Assembly (NCBI GenBank): GCA_044869275.1
Contig: JBIOXB010000041.1
Location: 1 to 43,607, forward strand
Origin: a bacterium
GTDB lineage: Bacteria > Zhuqueibacterota > Zhuqueibacteria > Zhuqueibacterales > Zhuqueibacteraceae
Direction: 5' to 3'
Length of the DNA: 43,607 nucleotides
The notes beneath the pieces are model-generated. The model had not been told where the DNA came from and did no database searches. It was given only the letters and a program-made list of their open reading frames with translations. Numbering within the stretch: the stretch's first letter is position 1; each line of letters starts with the position of its first letter. The position numbers were made by a program, and so were the translations under genes. This document shows, in pieces, positions 36,844 through 43,607 of this stretch.

Positions 36844-37806
36844 TTGCAAATCACCATTCCTTCCCATCAAGGCAAAGTCCGGCTGGATAAATTTCTGGCC
36901 GCGCAAGTCGCCGACATCTCGCGCGCGCAGTTGCAAATTCTCATCAAGCTCGGCGCCATCACCGTAAACGGCGTAGCCACCAAAGCCAGCCATCTGGTGC
37001 TGCCCGGCGAAGTGATTTTCATCGACTTTCCTGAAAAACCACCGGTGGATTTGATCCCCCAGGAATTGCCGTTGCAGATTATTTTTGAAGACGAGTATCT
37101 CGCCGTGGTGGATAAACCCGCCGGCCTGGTCGTGCACCCTGCTTATGGCCATCCCGACTCCACGCTGGCGAACGCGCTGCTGTTTCATTTCAAGAAAATT
37201 TCAAAAACCAATGCCGCACGGCCCGGCATCGTGCATCGACTGGACAAAGATACCTCGGGTTTGCTGGTGGTGGCGCGCGACGAGCGCACACATGCGGCGC
37301 TCTCGGCGCAATTCAAAGCCAAAACCACGCAGCGCGAATACCTTGCTATTATCTGGGGTGTTGCGAAGCCGAAAAAAGGAACGATCTCAACCTTTTTGAC
37401 CAGGAGCACGAAAGACCGGCGGAAAATCGTGGCGAGCCAACAGCGCGGGAAGTGGGCCGTGACGCATTATGCAACAGAAGAATCTTTCCGCACGCACAGC
37501 CTGTTGCGCTTGCGCCTGGAAACCGGACGCACACATCAAATTCGCGTGCATTTGGCACATCTCGGACATCCGGTGTTCGGCGATCCGGCATACGAAGGCA
37601 GGAAAAGCCAGTTGCAGGGCTTGAACATGGCGGACCAGCAATTCGCCGCGGCATGGCTCGAGCGCTTTCCGCGCCAGGCACTGCACGCGCACACGCTCGG
37701 TTTCATGCATCCCGCGTCGGGGGAATCGCTTTGCTTTCGCAGCGCATTGCCGGCAGATATGAAAGAACTAATCGAGGCTCTGCGGCAACGCGGAAAAACC
37801 GCGTAA
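36844..37806 (+). CDS. rluD: RluA-family (RluD-like) pseudouridine synthase with S4 domain
   Basis: RLDKFLA, VDKPAGLVVHP, GIVHRLDKDTSGL, LETGRTHQIRVH, RQALHA. Confidence 0.9.
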   Translation: MQITIPSHQGKVRLDKFLAAQVADISRAQLQILIKLGAITVNGVATKASHLVLPGEVIFIDFPEKPPVDLIPQELPLQIIFEDEYLAVVDKPAGLVVHPAYGHPDSTLANALLFHFKKISKTNAARPGIVHRLDKDTSGLLVVARDERTHAALSAQFKAKTTQREYLAIIWGVAKPKKGTISTFLTRSTKDRRKIVASQQRGKWAVTHYATEESFRTHSLLRLRLETGRTHQIRVHLAHLGHPVFGDPAYEGRKSQLQGLNMADQQFAAAWLERFPRQALHAHTLGFMHPASGESLCFRSALPADMKELIEALRQRGKTA

Positions 37807-37821
37807 ACCGCAATACCTCAA

Positions 37822-38595
37822 CTACTTCTCACCAGCTTCCAAAATCTCTTGCACCGCCGCTTCCACCTCCCGCACCGTGTAGTTGATCCGCTGTGTCGAA
37901 GTGCCGTAACGATTTCCCACGAATGGCGCGTGCAGCACAATGCCCTGCGGCGACAGCAGCCAGATCACCGGCACGGAATAGCTTTGCTGGTCCGTGCTCG
38001 GCTTGAACCTCCCCATCCACGGCAAAACCGGATCGGAAAACGCAACGCCATTGGCATGTTTCTTGTAATTGAACGCCAAACGAAATTTCGGATCGAAATA
38101 GACTTTCTCGAACGGTATCACGTGGTTGCCCTGCAAATCATAGGACGCCTGCACGAAACGGGCAAATTCATCCTTCCATGTTTGTGCCGTTTCAGGCTGA
38201 GGCAAAAAGGTTCCGGCAGTATAGCCATACTCATCTTCGCCATAGACCGGCGGGCACGCCACCGCCAGGACTTGCACGCCTAACTTCTTGTATTTGAGAT
38301 AAATGTAATTGGACACGGACATATCGTTGAATGAATCCACGCACCACAATCCACCATGGCTGCTCGCGGGATTCATGCTCGGCCCGCCGAACAGCAGCAG
38401 GTAGATCAACTTGGTGTCTGCGTTCTTGAGCTCGAGCAGGCGCTGCTTTTCGCCCGTCATATCATATACAAAAACGCCGGAGGCGATCGTGTCGCCGACT
38501 TGATAGCAGGGTTGCGGCTTGTCCTGGGCAATGAGAGCCCGCGTTGTGATCGCGAGCAAGGCCAAGGGTAGGAAAACGAAACGAAATGGCTTCAT
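37822..38595 (-). CDS. Secreted hypothetical protein, possible thioredoxin/peroxiredoxin-like fold
   Basis: Signal peptide from ATG 38595; YQVGDT...LIYLLLFGG...WCVDS...GVQVLAV...VPVIWLLSPQG. Confidence 0.55.
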   Translation of the reverse strand: MKPFRFVFLPLALLAITTRALIAQDKPQPCYQVGDTIASGVFVYDMTGEKQRLLELKNADTKLIYLLLFGGPSMNPASSHGGLWCVDSFNDMSVSNYIYLKYKKLGVQVLAVACPPVYGEDEYGYTAGTFLPQPETAQTWKDEFARFVQASYDLQGNHVIPFEKVYFDPKFRLAFNYKKHANGVAFSDPVLPWMGRFKPSTDQQSYSVPVIWLLSPQGIVLHAPFVGNRYGTSTQRINYTVREVEAAVQEILEAGEK

Positions 38596-38774
38596 ACACT
38601 GCAAAATAGTTATGGTTTTGAATCTGCGCCGGAATGGCAATGCCTGAAATTAGAGAAAGAAACGTTGAATGTCAATTTGAAATCCGCAAGAATGGGGCTG
38701 TCGATTTTCAACTTGCGCGGCGAAAACTGGCTGCTTATCATGAAATTGTACTTCACAAAAACTGAGGAGGAAGC

Positions 38775-39668
38775 ATGTGGAGAATTCTAATCGCTACATT
38801 TGTCATGCTATTCGCACTGTCGGCGGTTCCGGTCCTCCAGCAGCAGGATTTTTCCAGCGTCGAAATCAAAACCGTTCCGGTGCGCGGCAACGTTCACATG
38901 CTGGAAGGCCGCGGCGGAAACATCGGCGTCTCGGCAGGTGAAGACGGGATTTTGATTGTCGACAGCCAATTCGCGCCACTGGCGGAAAAAATTCGCACCG
39001 CGTTGAAGAATATCAATCCTGGCAAGCTGAAGTTTTTGTTGAACACCCATTATCACGGCGATCACACCGGCGGCAATCGCATATTGGGGTCGGAGATGAC
39101 GATCATCGCCCACCGCAATGTGCGCCAGCGCTTGATGACGGAACAAAGTCGCGGCGACCAGCCCATTCCACCCGAGCCCAAAGAAGCATGGCCGGTGATC
39201 ACGGTCGAGCAGTCGCTATCGGTTCATTTCAATGGCGAAGAAATCAAGGTCATGCACTTTCCCAGCGGCCATACCGACGGCGATTGTGTCATCTTCTTCA
39301 CCGGCGCCAACGTCGTCCACATGGGTGATGATTTCTTTGTGGGCAAATTTCCATACGTCGATTTGCGCGCCGGCGGCAGCGTGCAGGGATTGATCAAGAA
39401 CATCGCACAAGTCATCGCGCAGCTGCCGGCAGACGTCAAAATCATTCCCGGCCACGGGTCGGTATCGGCGCTGGACGATCTCAAAGCGTATCACCGCATG
39501 TTGCTGCAGACCACGGATTTCATTCAACAGAAGATGAAGGCGGGAAAGGACTTGAAAACCATTCAAGCGGAAGGCTTGCCGGCGGAATGGAAAGGCTGGG
39601 GCTCGGAATTCATCCCGGCGGAGCGGTGGATCGAGACGGTGCAGCAAAGTTATGCTGCGAAAAACTGA
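38775..39668 (+). CDS. Secreted MBL-fold metallo-hydrolase
   Basis: THYHGDHTGGN, GHTDGD, VHMGD, IIPGHG. Confidence 0.9.
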   Translation: MWRILIATFVMLFALSAVPVLQQQDFSSVEIKTVPVRGNVHMLEGRGGNIGVSAGEDGILIVDSQFAPLAEKIRTALKNINPGKLKFLLNTHYHGDHTGGNRILGSEMTIIAHRNVRQRLMTEQSRGDQPIPPEPKEAWPVITVEQSLSVHFNGEEIKVMHFPSGHTDGDCVIFFTGANVVHMGDDFFVGKFPYVDLRAGGSVQGLIKNIAQVIAQLPADVKIIPGHGSVSALDDLKAYHRMLLQTTDFIQQKMKAGKDLKTIQAEGLPAEWKGWGSEFIPAERWIETVQQSYAAKN

Positions 39669-39672
39669 CCGG

Positions 39673-40086
39673 TCACTTGCTTGATCCCAAATCGATTTTT
39701 TGTTGGAGTAATTTCACCAATTGCCAGGTCAAGTCCAAATCCGCTTTTATTTCTTCACGGCTATACTCGACCGGTGGCCCGGGAGGATATCTATCTTCAA
39801 GGTAGAATCCCGTTGCCTTTTCGCAAAGCTCGATATACTACACTGGATAGAGCTCGGAATCAAACTTTTCGATCTGGGTCAACAGGGTATCCAATTCATG
39901 AATCCATGGTGGCTCGATTCCGTGAAGGACAAGATAGCCTTTTAAATATTTTTCGATTGCCTGTTGGATATGATAAGCAATGGCGTCTGCATGCCCGTGA
40001 TTATCATATATGAGTTGCGCCGTTTCAACTTCATGATCACCGTGGTCGAACCATTCGAGCGCCTGCCGTCTCAGCTTGTCATCCAT
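39673..40086 (-). pseudogene. HEPN-domain protein interrupted by an in-frame TAG at 39838-39840
   Basis: YHIQQAIEKYLKG...IHEL; past the TAG the frame stays open for 54 codons (YIELCEKATGFYLEDRYPPGPP...) to TGA at 39673-39675. Confidence 0.8.
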
Positions 40087-40411
40087 ACAGGACTTTTCCC
40101 TTTTCCAATACCTGCCGTATAAAAAAGTCGTTGATAGAAAGCCGGTAACTCAATTCTGCCGGCGTATAAACCAAAGGAGAGACCGATACCGCACGGTTGC
40201 GATCTCGCAACATGCGTTTGACTTCCATCCATCTGTCGATGGGGCGTTTGTCTGTTTCCTTGATGATCAAAAGATCAATGTCGCTGTGCTCATGCGGCTG
40301 GCCATACGCATGCGAGCCAAAAAGAATAATCTTTTCCGGCAAGTATTCAGCGGCAATTTTTTGCGTAATCTCACGAATGATTTCAGGCTTTTGCACGGAG
40401 GCCCGTTCCAT
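40079..40411 (-). CDS. Minimal nucleotidyltransferase (MNT), partner of the HEPN gene
   Basis: IILFGSHAYG...SDIDLLII; overlaps the HEPN start by 8 nt. Confidence 0.9.
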   Translation of the reverse strand: MERASVQKPEIIREITQKIAAEYLPEKIILFGSHAYGQPHEHSDIDLLIIKETDKRPIDRWMEVKRMLRDRNRAVSVSPLVYTPAELSYRLSINDFFIRQVLEKGKVLYG

Positions 40412-40534
40412 TTTAACTTACCATTGTTTGTGATTGGAGCATGAAAAGATACAACCATGCAACTGCATTTGCAACGCGTTTTTCCATCCTCTAGCTGTGA
40501 TCCCCAGTTTTCACTTCGCGAGGCTTTTTTCTCT

Positions 40535-41749
40535 TCAATGCTGATTGACTGCCGGCAGTTTTTCTTGCAGATGCAAGACTTGATAGCGCTGCAAAATCTC
40601 CAGAGTCCTGTCCAGGGGAATGGCCTCTCGTACGTGTCCGCTGCGGCCTTTGACGGTCGTGGCCATGAACAAAGAATTATAAACCGCCTCTTCCGTCGCT
40701 TCGACCACAGCGAGAAACAGCGGCGTCATCATCTCATCATGCAGCAGAGGCCCCGGAGGCAATAAACCCGCGCCGCTTTCAGATCGCGGCACGGCATGCG
40801 GGATGCGATACGCCGTCGTGAAAGCGATGACGTAATCGCCGCTGCCGTTGGCCATGACGCTGCCGGTGCGCGCCAGGCCTAGCACGGCGCGCTGCGCCAA
40901 GCGCTTCAAATTGCGCACGGAAACTGGCGCGTCCGTGGCGGCGACAATCATGCAAGAGCCGCCCTCCTGGGGCGGTGTGTGCTCTTGCAGGTAAAACTTA
41001 CCCAGCTCACGCCCGGCCGGCGCCCCGTTGATGGTCAGAATGCCGCCGAAATTCGTTTGCACCAAAACGCCCACGGTGTATCCGCCCAAGGCTTTCGGCA
41101 AAAACCGCGAAGCAGTGCCGATGCCGCCTTTGAAACCAAAACAACTGGTGCCGGTGCCGGCACCCACTGCGCCCTCCGCCACTTGCCCGGCTTTGGCATT
41201 TTGCAAAGCTTGCAACACGTGCTCATCTTTCACGTGCATGCCGCGAATATCGTTCAGCCAGCCGTCATTGGTTTCGCCCACCACCGCGTTCACGGAGAAT
41301 AAGTCTTCATTGCCCGGCTGTGCCAAGGCGTGTTTCACCAAGGCCTGCACCGCGGTGGCAACGTTTAGTGTATTCGTCAGTGCAATCGGCGTTTCGATCG
41401 TGCCCAATTCCTCCACCTGCGTATAACCCGCCAGCTTGCCAAAGGCATTGCCGCAATAAATCGCCGCTGGAATTTTTTCTTGAAAAAGATTGCCGTCGCT
41501 TGGCACGATCACGGTTACGCCCGTGCGCACGGAGTCGCCCTGCCACACGGTGCAATGCCCGACTTTCACGGCGGCAACGTCGGTGAGCGCATTCGATGGG
41601 CCCGCAGGCAAAATGCCGACTTGCACGCCGAGATCACGCGCACGCAGGCGCGGTTCCGCGGTTTGCGCCGAGGCCATTAAAATTCCGGCCCCAAAATTGA
41701 GCAGCATCAGCCCCGCGGCAAGAGGCCACCAACTGTCCTGCAAAAACAT
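40535..41749 (-). CDS. DmpA-like P1/S58 aminopeptidase
   Basis: RARDLG, NALTDVAAVKVGH, RTGVT, VVGETNDGWLND, GAVGAGTG, KGGIGTASR, GSGD. Confidence 0.9.
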   Translation of the reverse strand: MFLQDSWWPLAAGLMLLNFGAGILMASAQTAEPRLRARDLGVQVGILPAGPSNALTDVAAVKVGHCTVWQGDSVRTGVTVIVPSDGNLFQEKIPAAIYCGNAFGKLAGYTQVEELGTIETPIALTNTLNVATAVQALVKHALAQPGNEDLFSVNAVVGETNDGWLNDIRGMHVKDEHVLQALQNAKAGQVAEGAVGAGTGTSCFGFKGGIGTASRFLPKALGGYTVGVLVQTNFGGILTINGAPAGRELGKFYLQEHTPPQEGGSCMIVAATDAPVSVRNLKRLAQRAVLGLARTGSVMANGSGDYVIAFTTAYRIPHAVPRSESGAGLLPPGPLLHDEMMTPLFLAVVEATEEAVYNSLFMATTVKGRSGHVREAIPLDRTLEILQRYQVLHLQEKLPAVNQH

Positions 41750-41844
41750 GGTATTGCTTCTCCAAATTCCACCTTGCAGATTCGCCGAGTTTTTTGCATT
41801 ATAACCTTGCGAACTTACTTTAGCAAGTGGCGAGGAGATAAAAA

Positions 41845-42285
41845 ATGCAATATCTCGGCCGGTCGGCGTGGCGCAATCAGTGGGGTTTGCTGTCGCTGTG
41901 CTTGATTTTGGCCGGCGTGATGATCATCACCACGATCGACGCCAAGCGCATGGCCAGCGCGCGCAATGCCGTTTTCGTGCTCGCGTGGCTGGGAATGCCG
42001 CTGGCGGTGTTGATTTCAATCATCGCCTATCGCCATTTTTCCTGGCGCTTCAGCATAGAAAACGGTGTGATCGAAAGCCGCCGCGGCCTCATCGCGCGCG
42101 AAGTGCGCTCCGTGCGCGTCGAAGACGTGCGCAGCATCAATGTGAAGCAGTCTATTTTGCAGCGCTTGCTGAATCTCGGCGACATCGAATTCAGCAGCGC
42201 GGCCAGTGATGCGGCCGAAGTAGTTTTCGAGGGAATCTCGAACCCGATCAAAGTGAAGAATGAGATTCAAAGCCTAATGGGTTGA
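41845..42285 (+). CDS. Membrane protein with bacterial PH (bPH_2-like) domain
   Basis: Two hydrophobic segments then RRGLIAR...VKQSILQRLLNLGDI. Confidence 0.8.
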   Translation: MQYLGRSAWRNQWGLLSLCLILAGVMIITTIDAKRMASARNAVFVLAWLGMPLAVLISIIAYRHFSWRFSIENGVIESRRGLIAREVRSVRVEDVRSINVKQSILQRLLNLGDIEFSSAASDAAEVVFEGISNPIKVKNEIQSLMG

Positions 42286-42299
42286 AATAGAAAGAATAT

Positions 42300-43607
42300 A
42301 TGCCCTTTCAAACTTTGGGTGATTTTGCGCGTTCTTTGGAAAAAATCGGTGAGCTGCAGCGCGTCAAAGTCGAAGTCGATCCGGTCTTGGAAGTGACGGA
42401 AATCGCGGTGCGCGCGCTGCAGGAAGGCCGGCCGGCGTTGCTCTTTGAAAACGTCAAAGGCGCGCAGTTTCCGCTGGCGATTAATTTATTGGCGAGTGAA
42501 CGACGCATTGAATGGGCTTTGGGAAAGCATCCGGAACAACTGGGCGAAGAATTGATTCACTTTGTCGAGCAAGCCATGCCGCCCAAGCCGCGTTTGGTCG
42601 TTGACCACTGGCCGATGGTCAAGAGATTTCTGGCCGCACGGCCAAAGCGAACCCGGCACGCGCTTTCGCAAGAAGTGACCGAAGAGCCTCGCCTTGATTT
42701 GTTGCCGATTCAACAATGCTGGCCGGAGGATGGCGGCCGCTTTCTGACGCTGGGACAGGTGTTTACGCAAGACCCCCGTGATGGCAAACGCAACGTGGGT
42801 CTGTACCGCATGCAGGTTTTCGATGCGCGCACCACGGGCATGCATTGGCAGATTCAAAAAGGCGGAGGCTTTCATTTTTATCAAGCGCAAAAGCTTGGGC
42901 GTGAATTTGAGATTGCAGTTGCGCTGGGCACCGATCCGGCCATGCTGCTGGCGACGATCGCGGCACTGCCGGAGGGCATCGACGAAGTGATGTTCGCCGG
43001 ATTTTTGCGCAGTACGCCCGTGCCCATGACGCCAGGAAAATCAATCCACATGCTCGTGCCGGCGCATGCGGAATTTATTCTCGAAGGCAGGGTGCCGCTG
43101 CACGAAACGCGGCCGGAAGGCCCGTTCGGCGATCACTTCGGCCATTATTCTCATGCCGCACCTTTCCCGGTATTTCATATCAACAAAATCACGCGCCGCC
43201 GCGAGGCGATTTACCCCGCCACCGTTGTGGGCATTCCGCCGATGGAAGACAAATTTCTCGGCGATGCCACGCAACAGATTCTCGGGCCGCTCGCGCGCTT
43301 GATTCACAAGGAAATCAAATCGGTGTGGGCCTATTACGAAGCGGGATTTCACAACCTGCTCGTGGTGAGCGTCGAGCAGCGCTATCAAAAAGAAGCGATG
43401 AAATCCGCGCTGGGGTTGATGGGCACGGATCAGCTCTCCCTCACCAAATGCATTGTCTTGGTTTCGGAAAATGTCCAGGTGCGTGACTTTGATGCGGTGC
43501 TGCGCGCGATCAAAATGAATTTTGATCCACACTATGATTTCGTCATGATTCCCAAAGTGCCGCTCGACACCCTGGATTTTACTTCGTTCAAAATGAATCT
43601 CGGCAGC
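42300..43607 (+). CDS. ubiD: UbiD-family decarboxylase, probably menaquinone-pathway type (3' end outside window; absent from the ORF track because it has no stop)
   Basis: Manual translation MPFQTLGDFARSLEKIGELQRVKVEVDPVLE...ALLFENVKG...CWPEDGGRF...RNVGLYRMQ...MHWQ...EGPFGDHFGHY. Confidence 0.9.
   Translation, partial: MPFQTLGDFARSLEKIGELQRVKVEVDPVLEVTEIAVRALQEGRPALLFENVKGAQFPLAINLLASERRIEWALGKHPEQLGEELIHFVEQAMPPKPRLVVDHWPMVKRFLAARPKRTRHALSQEVTEEPRLDLLPIQQCWPEDGGRFLTLGQVFTQDPRDGKRNVGLYRMQVFDARTTGMHWQIQKGGGFHFYQAQKLGREFEIAVALGTDPAMLLATIAALPEGIDEVMFAGFLRSTPVPMTPGKSIHMLVPAHAEFILEGRVPLHETRPEGPFGDHFGHYSHAAPFPVFHINKITRRREAIYPATVVGIPPMEDKFLGDATQQILGPLARLIHKEIKSVWAYYEAGFHNLLVVSVEQRYQKEAMKSALGLMGTDQLSLTKCIVLVSENVQVRDFDAVLRAIKMNFDPHYDFVMIPKVPLDTLDFTSFKMNLGS

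Noticed and set aside
36813..36846. Possible frameshift hiding an ATG start for the RluA gene (removing one A gives MTSKEPKFLLLQ...)
   Set aside because: The TTG at 36844 already yields a full-length protein with its S4 domain, and there is no independent evidence
1..43607. CRISPR array, rRNA, transposase, integrase or prophage genes
   Set aside because: No regularly spaced direct repeats with unique spacers and no such ORFs or RNA signatures were recognised

Overview
Chromosomal segment from a moderately GC-rich diderm bacterium, most likely FCB superphylum (KSB1/Calditrichota-like). This placement is inferred from several secreted proteins with 'QNYPNPFNP'-type C-terminal domains, a type 2 IleRS and the yggS-divIVA-PNP-ileS-dksA-lspA-rluA gene order. 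Housekeeping genes (Lhr helicase, murB, murA, yggS, divIVA, PNP, ileS, dksA-like, lspA, RluA synthase, UbiD) alternate with secreted enzymes (GH9, GHL10, DUF1800/DUF1501, a multi-lamin-tail protein), four toxin-antitoxin-type pairs and a Uma2 nuclease. Main observations: (1) ylxR followed by an in-frame fusion of an L7Ae/YlxQ RNA-binding domain to 5-formyl-THF cyclo-ligase, away from nusA/infB; (2) a MurB with altered catalytic motifs, coupled to a creatininase-family gene and followed by murA; (3) two candidate structured RNAs (~19931-20050 minus, ~24655-24800 plus); (4) two MITE-like elements with terminal inverted repeats, 3-bp target duplications and REP-like cores; (5) two toxins broken by single lesions (MazF frameshift, HEPN in-frame TAG) beside intact partners; (6) IleRS2 with a GIHH signature. 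No rRNA, complete tRNA, CRISPR array, transposase or integrase was seen. All family calls come from recognising motifs by eye, not from database searches.
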